A stretch of 64,000 bases of DNA, taken from the NCBI RefSeq assembly GCF_039654945.1, contig NW_027361703.1, forward strand, positions 53,072,001-53,136,000, in the 5' to 3' direction. The stretch comes from Dendrobates tinctorius. Taxonomy: Eukaryota. Below are positions 12,989 through 25,203 of the stretch, piece after piece. Numbering within the stretch: position 1 is the first letter of the stretch; the number at the start of each line of letters is the position of its first letter. The position numbers and the translations under genes are program-made. The notes under the pieces were generated by a model that was given only the letters and a program-made list of their open reading frames with translations, made no database searches and had not been told where the DNA came from.

Positions 12989-14471
12989 TAGTGTTGAGCA
13001 TTCCGATACTGCAAATATCGGGTATCGGCCGATATTCGCTGTATCAGAATTCCGATACCGAGTACCGATATTTTTTCAGTATCGGAAGTCCCCATGATGC
13101 TATGAGCCACTGTTGTGGCTGTGATTGGCTGCTGAAATGATGTCATCATGATGCGCGGTCTGTGCGCATCATGATGCGCAGTCTGTGCCCACTACGGGGG
13201 ATCTGTGCCGACTGTCGGTAGTCTGTGCGATCCTCTCAGGGGCCTGTGTCGGCTGACGGTGGTCTGTACGGGCCTCTCAGGGGCCTGTGCCGGCTGCCAG
13301 TGGTCTGTACGGGCCTCTCAGGGGCCTGTGTCAGCTGCCGGTGGTCTGTACGGGCCTCTCGGGGGCCTGTGCCGGCTGTTGGTGGTCTGTGCCGGCTGCC
13401 GGGGGCCTGTGCTGGCTGCCGGTGGTCTGTGCCGGCCTGCCGGGGGTCTTGTGTGTCTGCAGGCATTGTCCAATGGGACTACAAGTCCCATCGGTCGATG
13501 CCTGCTACAATGACAGTGATTGACACATTAGCCAATGATTGGACAGTAGTAGTCCCATCATCCGGCTAATGTGTTGAATGTGAAAAAAACAAACATACTA
13601 CATACATACTACATATATACTACATTCATGCAACATACATACATACTACATACATGCTACATATATACTACATTCATACAACATACATATATACTACATA
13701 CATACTACATATATACTACATTCATACAACACACATACATACTACATACATGCTACATATATACTACATTCATACAACATACATACATACTACATACATA
13801 CTACATGTATACTACATACATACTACATACATGCTACATATATAATACATTCATACAGCATGCATATATACTACATACTACATACATGCTACATATATAC
13901 TACATTCATACAACATACATACATACTACATACATGCTACATATATACTACATTCATACAACATACATATATACTACATGCATACTACATATATACTACA
14001 TTCATACAGCATACATACTACATACATGCTTCATATATACTGCATTCATACAACATACATACATAGTACATACTACATACATACTACATACACACAACAT
14101 GCTACAGACATACAACATACATACATACATATTGCATACTGCATACATACTACATACATACTACATACAATACATTCATACATTCATACAATACATACAT
14201 AGACATACAGTACATATAACATAGAGTACATACTCACCATCACTTGTCACTTTGATCCCCGAAGCCAGTGTCATCTATGAAAAAATATGAAAATAACAAA
14301 CAAGCCTTATACTCCCTGATCCGCAGAAATCCACGAGGGTCCCACGCCGATTTCCCGTGGAGAAGAGCAGCATCAGCTGATGCGACCGCTCTCTAGGGGC
14401 TTCAATAATCCAATGATGGAGGTAGGTATCCTTCTGCACTGTATTCCTCCGCCACGGTAAAAAATAGTCCC
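12989..14471. mobile_element. Truncated (one-arm) hAT foldback element, diverged copy
   Basis: Starts TAGTGTTGAGCATTCCGATAC like the copy at 46428. It has the GC minisatellite and TACATACA-type microsatellite, and stops just before the palindrome centre. Confidence 0.85.
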
Positions 14472-14725
14472 AGGGCTATAGCATCACTGTTGCACCACAC
14501 CATCTGTCCCAGAGGATCTGTCTTCAGCGTCGGCTTACATCTCTTTTGCCGAACACCACAGGTGGTGTCACGAATCACTTATAAACTTTCACCACCATAA
14601 GCACACCGAAACAACTCTCTTTGAAATGGAGCCCCAGGGCCACAGACCGGGTCACCGCTGCTGTGACGACCCCCCATTGGGAAGATCAACCGGCCCGGTA
14701 CCGAGTACCCCACGGCCCTTGTGAG
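14472..14725. mobile_element. LTR fragment related to 43744-44813
   Basis: Shares CAGCGTCGGC, CCCAGGGCCAC and GGTACCGAGTACCCCACGGCCCT with 44628-44800. Confidence 0.65.
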
Positions 14726-14729
14726 TGAG

Positions 14730-15153
14730 CGTGCTCCAAATCCCCACCTTCACAGATGCAGAGCTGATTATAGATAGAGTACACAGACTGCCTAGACCCA
14801 CTCGCATCCCAAGAGAGGTGCCAAGAGAAACGATCATGCAAATTCATTTCTATAATACCTAAGAAAAGATACTACAATACCTGAAAGACTTGAAACAGAT
14901 TCCAGAGCCTTACAATAATCTAAAGATATATGCGGATCTTTCCAAGGAACCTTTAGAAAGTAGGAAAACATTCAAGAAGATCACTACATTGCTCAGGGAT
15001 AAAGGTATCGCCTACAGGTGGGGCTTCCCTTTGAAGCTTTTGATTACCTTCAGGGGGAAAACAATACCCATATTCAACCCAGAGGAGGGACACGACTTCA
15101 TTGAATCACTAGGGGCCAACAAAAAAGCCCCTTCATCATATCCTAACTGCTGA
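14730..15153 (+). pseudogene. L1 ORF1 (RNA-binding protein) C-terminal fragment
   Basis: IIDRVHRL...IYADLS...YRWGFPLKL motifs; in-frame stop near 14860. Confidence 0.85.
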
Positions 15154-15525
15154 CAAGAGGAATACCTCATACATTACTTATCTTCGCCCAAGCGCTTACG
15201 GTAAGACTAATGTTTTATTATATATGCTACATTATCTGTTATGACACTGTATAGGAGGTTTCACTCAGGACTCATGTGCACGAACCTTACCCCTAGTTAG
15301 AGGAAGAAGAAGTACTCACAAGTTGTGAGTCACCCTTCTTTCAGAGGACATTTGATAATTGATATTTGTATTCTATAATCGTTTGTTTGTACTACTGGTT
15401 TCTTAGTTAAAATTAATAGGTAACCGGCTCTTAGAGCTTAATAGTTCTATTGTGTTTAATAAACAGGTTCACGCTACCGTTGAGCTTTACAAGTGCACAT
15501 TTCTTCCGCCATCATACAAATAGTC

Positions 15526-18500
15526 ATGAGCACCAAAATAATATCCTACAATGTCAGAGGACTAAACAGTCCACAAAAGAGGTTCACAATATGGAAAGAA
15601 ATTTCTCAATCTCAAGCAGACATCATATGCATACAGGAGTCCAAATTTATAAAAGATAACCACCTGGTACTCTCCCACAAACAATTCCCACACATTTTTA
15701 AATCAGATAATAATAAGAAAAAGGCAGGGGTCATCACAATTATTAAAAATAGCCTCTCATTTGTATTTATTGAGGAGCATAAAGATGAAAAAGGGAGATT
15801 TCACATCCTGATCTGTGTCATTAATAAGCAAACATGCACAATCGTCAACACCTACGCCCCAAATAATGGCCAGATTAGATTTCTAAACAAATTAAAAAAG
15901 AAAGTAGCTACAATCAGAAAAGGAGATTTGATATGGTTGGGGGACTTCAACATGGTCCCTGATAATATCATGGATTCATCCTCACCTAACAGGTCGCGAT
16001 CAAACACATTCAATGGATATCTTCAGCAGAATGAACTGTTCGATGTATTCCATTGTATTAACTCCACATCAATTGAATATACCCACTACTCTGACCCCCA
16101 CCAAATGGCCTCTAGGATAGATCTGATATTAACTGATGTATTCACCCTATAGAAATTTCAAAAACTATCAATTGAAAAAAGGACTATATCAGACCATTCA
16201 CCGCTTAGTGCCAACATTCTACTAGGCCCTCCCACAAACAATGCCCCACTATGGAAATGTAATCCAAATATATTACGTAACCACATCCACCAAGACAAAA
16301 TAAAGTCTGCATTGGAAAACTATTTCAAAGAAAATAATAACGAAAACATTGACCCACTTACCCTGTGGTGCGCCCACAAAGCGGTCATCAGGGGAGTTAT
16401 CATTCAATTTCAAATTTCATCCAAGGAAAAAAAGCTAATAGATCAAAAATTAAATCCATCCAAACTAAAATCAGAGATAAAGAAAACGAACAGCTCTCCT
16501 GCTCTCACCCATCTGAAAAAATCTGAATTACTAAAACTAAGACAGGAACTCAAAACAATCCTTTTCTCCTCTTACGATTCGGTCATCAAAAGCCTAAAAT
16601 TCAAACAGTACTCATCGCTTAATAAGCCAACACGTTTTATGATGAGCCGAATCAAACAAGCAAGGCAGAATAACAAAATTAATAAAATTTTATCACCCAA
16701 AGGAACCCCTCTATCCCACCCACAGGATATAACGAACACATTCGTGGAATTTAACCACAAACTATACAACTTGAAACACCAAAATTCACTTCCTCAACCT
16801 AAAAACATGGACATAGAAAATTTCCTATCAAATATTAACCTACCTAAATTAACCCAAGAGAATCTAGAGACACTAACATCACCCTATACCCAGGAAGAGA
16901 TTGAGGACACTATTATAATATTAAAACTATTTAAATCCCCGGGCCCCGACGGTTTTGGGAAGGACTATTATAAATCCTTCAACAAAATCCTATCCCCACA
17001 CCTTTCAAAAATCTTCAACAAGGCCTCCACATCTGGTACATTTCCAGAGGAAATGCTAGAATCTACAATTATCCTAATCCCCAAACCCAATACTGACTTA
17101 ACTAAAGTAACTAATTACCGCCCCATTTCACTCATCAACTCTGACCTGAAGATATATTCGAAAATCCTATCTGACAGAATTAAAAATCTTCTTCCCAGCC
17201 TAATAGACAAAAACCTGATTGGTTTTGTTAAAGGTCGACAGGCCACGGATGGGACTAGAACAATAATCAACTCCATTAAACTAATCCAATGCTCAAAAAA
17301 CCCCACCGTTATAGTTACACTAGACGCCAAGAAGGCCTTCGACCACATAAATTGGGATTACCTAAGGCAATCGCTTAGGAAATATGGCTTCTCAGAAAAC
17401 TTCATAACAACAATTATGGCCTTATATTAAAACCAAAAGCTAAGATTTACCTGAATAACCATTGCTCTAATCTGTTTCAGATATCTAATGAGACTAAACA
17501 GGGGTGCCCACTTTCACCCCTTCTCTTTATTCTAGCGATTAAACCCCACAAATTATAAGGCAGAATAAGGCAATAAAAGGAATTAAAACCCCATCCCGTG
17601 AATTCAAGATCAGCCTTTCTGCTGATGATATGATTTTAACACTAACAAATCCCTCAAAGAATTGCAAAGTACCCTTAAGAGCTTCTCGGAAGTCTCTTTT
17701 TTTTAAATTAACGAAAAAAAATCAAAAATCTTGCATTTCCATATGGATAAATCCCAAATTCACGAAATAAGCCAATAACTCTGAGTTAAGCTGGACAGAC
17801 AATGAAACTGAATACTTAGGAATTACTATTACTAAGAAGATTAACGTTCGGATGCCCACCAATTTAAGAATTTTTTCTGATACAATAGCTAGAGATCTCC
17901 ATTCTTTTGAAAATCGGGACTTGTCATGGTGGGGAAGGAATTTGGTGACCAAAACCTTCATCCTTCCGAAGATGCTATATATTTTTAGGATTCTTCCCTT
18001 TAAAATATCGACCTCATACCTCACTAGTATTCAGATGGCAATCAATTCATTTATCTGGTTCAGAAAAAAGCCAGATCCTCTACTAAATTGCTATTTAAAA
18101 ACAAGGCCTTTGGAGGAATGAGGTTGCCTAACATTTCTGCATATTACCTGACAAACCTCATAAAACAAAGTGTTTACTGGTTATGCGACGAAGAAACACC
18201 TGCCTGGCTGGAACTAGAACACAAGATAAATAACCATAGATAACCGAAAGAACTTCTCTTCAAACTCCTGCTCAATAAAAAATTTAGCACCCTAAATCAT
18301 CCCATTTTTGAAGCAGCAATATACGCTTGGAAACAATTATCTAAAAGCAAAAAGGGTATGAATAGAACTAAATTTCTTTTAAACTGCCCAATATCCCTAG
18401 CGGTAAAAATACAAAACCTCGCCCTTAACCCCTTCTGGCCAGATCATAATATCAAAAGGATCAGAGAAATTCAAAATGGGAATAAATGTACCACTTTTAG

Positions 18501-19281
18501 TGACTTGAAAAAGAACTTTAAACTCCCTGCATCTGCATTTATGCAATTTATACTCGTGAAAGACCAGATACAGTACTTCCTAAGCAGTAAACCTTTAATA
18601 ACTGAAGCAACAATTAACCTGCTAGGGAATATTAAACACAAAATCTTCTGGAGCAACCAGAACATATATAAATGGTTCAATAACGATACGGAAATAACTA
18701 AGCTGCCATATATGGTTAAATGGGATAAAGAAATGAAAACTTCACACACCACTGAACAATGGGAAAACGCTATATACTATTCATATGGGGCTAGTATTTC
18801 CATGTCTCTGCAGGAGACATACTTCAAGACACTTACAAGATGGTATTACACCCCTGCACGAATGTCACACATAGATCCGAACAACTCACCCTTCTGCTGG
18901 AGAGAATGCGGCCGCCATGAGAGCTTGCTTCATATGTTTTGGCAGTGCCCCAAAATCAAACACATTTGGACCCAAGCTGGCAAGTTGATAAACAAAATTT
19001 ACAAGAGCAAAATCATATTCACTCCGCAGCTAGCACTCCTGTCCCTATGAATAGAAAATATAAATCCCTCTATGAGAGCTATTATAATACATATATTTCT
19101 GGTCATCAAAAATGAAATTGCCTACCACTGGAAAAGTGCAGATCCTCCTATCTTCTCTGATGTGATAAATGAAATAAATTTACACAAAACATATGAGTAT
19201 AGGTTTGCTATTACCCATGACTATTTCAACAAATATGCCAAGAAATGGGCGAAGTGGCTGGAAACTTATCCAATGCACTGA
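15526..19281 (+). pseudogene. L1 ORF2 (AP endonuclease, reverse transcriptase, C-terminal Cys/His motif)
   Basis: Motifs SYNVRGLN, IQES, GDFN, SRID, SDH; KSPGPDG, YRPISLIN, LDAKKAFD, QGCPLSP, SADD (decayed YADD); CWRECG...HMFWQCP. Several stops and frameshifts. Confidence 0.93.
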
Positions 19282-19533
19282 ACTAGTTTATTAATGTGCA
19301 CCAAACTAATTTCAAAACATCTGATTACATGTTTGTATGATTGTATGACTATATGATTATATGTTTAATGTAGACACTATATAGAGCCTGTTCAGACCTT
19401 GTGGTCCTCTCCTTGTTATTACCCTTCCCCTTTCCCCCCACTCTTCCCCCTTCACCCTTCCAACTCCCCTCCTTTCTTATTTGTATTTAAATGTTCAATA
19501 AAAATTATTGGAAAATAAATTTTACTACCTAGA

Positions 19534-19570
19534 CTGATGAAGGTCTGGACAAGACAGAAATGTTACAGAC
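19534..19570 (+). ncRNA. Degenerate minimal hammerhead-ribozyme-like motif of a Penelope-type terminus
   Basis: CTGATGA, then stem II GTCT/AGAC, then GAAA (CTGATGAAGGTCTGGACAAGACAGAAA). Stems I and III are not convincingly intact. Confidence 0.45.
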
Positions 19571-20787
19571 TGCAGCAATATAATTCCTTTGAAATGACAT
19601 ACTAAGTTGAGTGCCAAGTTTTTTCTATTAATTGCACAATTGGTTTGGGTGATCTACTTGAGCACCTCATGGTAGTGCCATGCTATACCTCACATCATGT
19701 CCTTGGTGTCCTGGCCTCCTTCAACAGAAAAATTGTCTTCTTCTGCCTGCGTACCTGTTGGGGTCCTGGTTCACCATCAGTGATACCACTGAAGTGCGGC
19801 ACAGCTCCTGTACACTCGGTTTCGGTGCATAAGGTCGAAAGAATGGACACATATACCAGTTCAGATGCCAAAAAAACAATTTTACTTTTCTCTTCAACAG
19901 TCCTGGGCATATCAGTAGCATTACAGTCCACACAGCATTCCTCCTGCACTTTCCCTTTCCTGCTTTCTTTGCCCTCACGCACATTATGGGGTAGTAGCGC
20001 CCTAGGCTGTACCGCAGCATCACTTCTGTAGGACCTCAAGATATAGGGGATCTCGTTCATCCGTTTCACCCCAGACTTACAAGCTTCAGCCCTATTTAAG
20101 ATCTGCCACATTGTGAATATTCTGTGAACTGCATGACTCTTGGACCACATAATTCTCTTCTTTCCTTGCTGCCTTGAAACACCGTAACTCCCGGGGGGTT
20201 TGGTCTCATCCGGCTCCCATCTGACTGTGCCCGTGCACTTTTCTTCTAACAGAACGTTTTGTAGCTACTATGTTGTCCTGGACCTAGAGCCCTTGTGGAC
20301 ACTTCGTGCGTCCTCACCCTTCGAACCTGTTCCTATCTCCTACACTTAACCCATAGCAGCTCCTCCTATAATTAACCCTCTATGGACTTCCTATCCATTA
20401 TACACCTAACAAGGCCCACTAATTTACCCCCATCTAGTGGCCCTCTACTGAACTACACTTACCCATATCAAGGAACGCTATACTAATAATGCTCTCCTCT
20501 AAAGACCCCAAAGGATGCAACAACTTACCCTAATCTATACATAAATATGCAGAACATTATACAACACAATATATTACAATCTTTAGAGCATGGTAACACA
20601 TACTTGATGTGGCAGTACCGATAAAGGAAAGAATGGTAATACACTATAAGTGTAGCAGTACCAAGAATAATGACATACTGTATAAACATTAGGACTTCTT
20701 AAAGGGAGACGACCTTAAAGAGGATGTCTTACTGCACTCCCCTACAACATCATAAACAAAAAAGAGGATTTCCTGATGAGTCACCAT

Positions 20788-23700
20788 TAGAGTTGAGCGA
20801 TACCGTCCGATACTTCAAAGTATCGTATCGGATGGTATCGGCCGATCTTTAAAAAAAAGTATCGGTATCGCCGATTCCGATACCGGAAGTCCCATTCAAG
20901 TCTATGGGACTTCCGGTATCGGAATAAGAAAAACCCTTTCCTGCCCTTGTACAGCCTCTCTGGGGTCTGTACGGGCCTTTCGGGGGGCTGTGCCGGCCTG
21001 CCAGGGGGTCTGTGCAGGCTCCGGTGGTCTGTGCCGGCCTGCCGGGGGGCTGTGCCGGCCTGCCGGGGGGCTGTGCAGGCTCCGGGGGGCTGTGCCGGCC
21101 TGCCGGGGGGCTGTGCAGGCTCCGGGGGGCTGTGCCGGCCTGCCGGGGGGCTGTGCCGGCCTGCCGGGGGGCTGTGCAGGCTCCGGGGGGCTGTGCCGGC
21201 CTGCCGGGGGGCTGTGCCGGCCTGCCGGTGGTCTGTGCAGGCTTCGGGGGTCTGTGCAGGCATCGTCCGATGGGACTACAAGTCCCATCGGGCGATGCCT
21301 GCTACCATGACAGTGATTGACACATTAGCCAATGATGGGACAGTAGTAGTCCCATCATCCGGCTAATGTGTTAAATGTAAAAAAAAAAAAAAAAAAATTA
21401 CATGCTACATACATACAACATGCATACTACATACATGCTACATTCATACTACATACTACATACATGCTACATTCATACTACATAAATACTACATGCAACA
21501 TACATACTACATATATACTACATACATACTACATATATACTACATGCATGCTACATACATACTGCATGCTACATACATACTACATGCTACATACATACCA
21601 CATATATACTACATACATACTACATACATACTACATGCATGCTACATGCATGCTACATGCTACATACATAACACATATATACTACATGCATGCTACATAC
21701 ATACTACATGCTACATACATACCACATACATACTACATGCATGCTACATACATACTGCATGCATGCTACATACATACTACATGCTACATACTACATATAT
21801 ACTACATGCATGCTACATACATACTACATGATACATACTACATATATACTACATGCATGCTACATACATACTACATGCTACATACATACTACATATATAC
21901 TACATGCATGCTACATACATACTACATGCTACATACATACTACATACATACTACATGCATGCTACATACATACTACATGCTACATACTACATATATACTA
22001 CATGCATGCTACATACATACTACATGATACATACTACATATATACTACATGCATGCTACATACATACTACATGCTACATACATACTACATATATACTACA
22101 TGCATGCTACATACATACTACATATATACTACATGCATGCTACATACATACTGCATGCTACATACATACTACATACATACTACATGCTACATACATACCA
22201 CATATATACTACATACATACTACATACAATACATTCATACAATACATACATAGACATACAGTACATATAACATAGAGTAACATACTTACCAATACTTGTC
22301 ACATTGTTCCCCGAAGCCATTGTCTTTTCCGGAATAAATATTAACATAACAAACCACAAAAATACTCACCCACGATCCGAAGCAGTCCACGAGTGTGTCC
22401 CACGACGATCTTGGGTAGAGAACTGCAGCATCAGCTGATGCTGCCGTTCTCTACGGGCTGCAGGAATCCAATGACGGAAGGTAGGTATCCTTCCGCACTG
22501 TATTCCTCCGCCACTTAAAAAAAAAAAGTCCCTAGTCTCACTTTATGCCATTGCTGTGTGGGAATTTCCCACGCAGCAATGGCATAAAGTGAGACTAGGG
22601 ACTTTTTTTTTTTAAGTGGCGGAGGAATACAGTGCGGAAGGATACCTACCTTCCGTCATTGGATTCCTGCAGCCCGTAGAGAATGGCAGCATCATCTGAT
22701 GCTGCAGTTCTCTACCCAAGATCGTCGTGGGACACACTCGTGGACTGCTTCGGATCGTGGGTGAGTATTTTTGTGGTTTGTTATGTTAATATTTATTCCG
22801 GAAAAGACAATGGCTTCGGGGAACAATGTGACAAGTATTGGTAAGTATGTTACTCTATGTTATATGTACTGTATGTCTATGTATGTATTGTATGAATGTA
22901 TTGTATGTATGTAGTATGTATGTAGCATGCATGTAGCATGCAGTATGTATGTAGCATGCATGTAGTATATATGTAGTATGTATGTAGCATGCATGTAGTA
23001 TATATGTAGTATGTATGTAGCATGCATGTAGTATATATGTAGTATGTATGTAGCATGTATGTAGTATGTATGTGGTATGTATGTAGCATGTAGTATGTAT
23101 GTAGCATGCATGTAGTATATATGTAGTATGTATGTAGCATGTAGTATGTATGTAGTATGTATGTAGCATGTATGTAGTATGCATGTAGTATATATGTAGT
23201 ATGTATGTAGCATGTAGTATGTATGTAGTATGTATGTGGTATGTATGTAGCATGTAGTATGTATGTAGCATGCATGTAGTATGTATGTAGCATGCATGTA
23301 GTATGTATGTAGTATGTATGTAGCATGCATGTAGTATGTATGTAGTATATATGTAGTATGTATGTAGCATGCATGTAGTATATATGTAGTATGTATGTAG
23401 CATGCATGTAGTATATATGTAGTATGTATGTAGCACGTATGTAGTATGTATGTGGTATGTATGTAGCATGTAGTATGTATGTAGCATGCATGTAGTATAT
23501 ATGTAGTATGTATGTAGCATGTAGTATGTATGTAGTATGTATGTAGCATGTATGTAGTATGCATGTAGTATATATGTAGTATGTATGTAGCATGTAGTAT
23601 GTATGTAGTATGTATGTAGTATGTATGTAGTATGTATGTGGTATGTATGTAGCATGTAGTATGTATGTAGCATGCATGTAGTATGTATGTAGCATGCATG

Positions 23701-24701
23701 TAGTATGTATGTAGTATGTATGTAGCATGCATGTAGTATGTATGTAGTATGTATGTAGTATGTATGTAGTATGTATGTAGTATGTAGCATGTATGTATGT
23801 AGCATGTATGTATGTGGTATGTATGTAGCATGTAGTATGTATGTAGTATATATGTAGTATGTATGTAGTATGTATGTGGTATGTATGTAGCATGTAGTAT
23901 GTATGAAGCATGTATGTAGCATGCATGTAGTATGTATGTAGCATGCATGTAGTATGTATGTAGCATGTATGTAGTATGTATGTAGTATATATGTAGTATG
24001 TATGTAGCATGTAGTATGTATGTAGCATGCATGTAGTATGTATGTAGTATTTTTTTTTTTTTAACATTTAACACATTAGCCGGATGATGGGACTACTACT
24101 GTCCCATCATTGGCTAATGTGTCAATCACTGTCATGGTAGCAGGCATCGCCCGATGGGACTTGTAGTCCCATCGGACGATGCTTGCACAGACCCCCGGAC
24201 ATCAGCACAGCCCCCCGGCAGGCCAGCACAGCCCCCCGGCAGGCCGGTACAGACCCCCACAGGGTGCACAGCCCCCCGGCAGGCCGGCACAGCCCCCCGG
24301 CAGGCCGGTACAGACCCCCACAGGGTGCACAGCCCCCCGGCAGGCCGGCACAGCCCCCCGGCAGGCCGGTACAGACCCCCACAGGGTGCACAAACCACCG
24401 GCAGACCGGCACAGCCCCCGGCAGGCCGGTACAGACCCCGGGCAGTCCACACAGCCCCCCGGCAGGCCGGCACAGCCCCCCGGCAGGCCGGCAGAGACCC
24501 CCGGAAGGCCCGAAATGACGGCGCATCATGATGCGCACACACCGCGCATCATGATGACGTCAGTCTGTCAATCAACTTTGAACTTCCGATTCCGATGCCG
24601 AATTCCGATATTGAAAAAATATCGGAAGTCGGTATCGGAATTCCGATACAGCAAGTATCGGCCGATACCTGATACTTGCGGTATCGGAATGCTCAACACT
24701 A
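20788..24701. mobile_element. hAT-ended foldback element, copy 1 (3.9 kb)
   Basis: TIRs TAGAGTTGAGC / GCTCAACACTA; perfect 8-bp TSD GTCACCAT; internal palindrome centred at ~22565; GC-rich ~18-bp minisatellite and TACATACATGC microsatellite in both arms. Confidence 0.93.
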
Positions 24702-25203
24702 GTCACCATCCAAGAATACCTACCTTCTACATGTTACCCAAAGTGCATAAGTCAATACAGCTCTATTATGAGCAAATTTGTAGAGTATTGATGCCATTTT
24801 ATGACTTTTAAATGTTTTTGTGTGTGTGTGTTTTTGGTTGTCTGTTGTACCAAATAAAATATTTGATTATTTAAGGTGATCCCTGGGTACATGGCCTTTT
24901 CTCTTTGTATTCTTGCTGTGACTAGCTGGCACATGGGCACTCAACAACACCCCCTCCTGTGATAATTAACTCATTGTCAATATGCATTATACATATAGAG
25001 CCTGGAATGGATGGGGCAGCTTTCTCAGATCAGCTTCTTGCTAAATCAAGGAACACTGTATCAAAATTGCTGCACCAAGTAAACTAAGTGATGCATCACT
25101 CGATTCAGGGTTTGTTTTGCTACATGATGCTGCTGTCAGATAAGGGAGCAAAAACCTGGTCAGATTTCATTTAATGCTTTCTTCACCAATCCAACATTGA
25201 TGA

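Larger units (their letters stand above)
14730..19518 (+). mobile_element. L1-clade LINE, 5'-truncated and decayed
   Basis: ORF1 C-terminal half, inter-ORF spacer, ORF2, a pyrimidine-rich 3' UTR, AATAAA at 19497 and an A-rich tail. Confidence 0.92.
10341..20746. mobile_element. LTR-like element (TG...CA) expanded by about 9 kb of internal insertions
   Basis: TGTAGG...CCTACA ends; 4-bp TSD ACAT (10337-10340 and 20747-20750). Removing it restores the host Penelope reading frame. The internal boundaries are uncertain. Confidence 0.7.
8055..24757 (+). pseudogene. Fragmented Penelope-like ORF (pieces ~8055-8332, 9293-9357, 10216-10340, 20751-20787, 24710-24757)
   Basis: The joined translation is NNISKSEHDAIHKLSVN-DDLMIREADKGGNIVIWPVDL-YVKEAKHQLSNSSSYQILPSDPT...LQCDI-INKKEDFLMSHH-PRIPTFYMLPKVHKS. 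This is typical of the region upstream of the PLE reverse transcriptase core. Confidence 0.85.
3217..24912 (+). mobile_element. Internally deleted Penelope-like retroelement (about 1.5 kb of own sequence) carrying about 20 kb of nested insertions
   Basis: 15-bp direct repeat TTGCTGTGACTAGCT at 3202-3216 and 24913-24927. Inverted termini at 3289-3412 and 24795-24915. ORF pieces carry the PLE N-terminal motifs ADKGG and PTFYMLPKVHK. Confidence 0.8.
1713..25170. mobile_element. Outermost Kolobok/T2-like MITE, split by about 23 kb of nested insertions
   Basis: Left end AGGGAATCTGTCAGCAGGTTTTTGC (1713) roughly matches the reverse complement of the right end GCAAAAACCTGGTCAGATTTCAT (25148-25170), which is followed by TTAA. 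The TIRs are degenerate and no left TTAA is visible. Confidence 0.45.

Noticed and set aside
20787-21366. Gly/Pro/Ala/Arg-rich ORFs (also 13205-13569, 24122-24811, 46457-46945)
   Set aside because: GC-rich minisatellite open on both strands. Only the last codons of 24179-24811 (HHPRIPTFYMLPKVHKS) are real, and they belong to the Penelope remnant.
21368-24074. His/Tyr/Thr-rich ORFs (also 13571-14224 and 46993-49556)
   Set aside because: Translations of the TACATACATGC microsatellite in the foldback arms; open in all frames.
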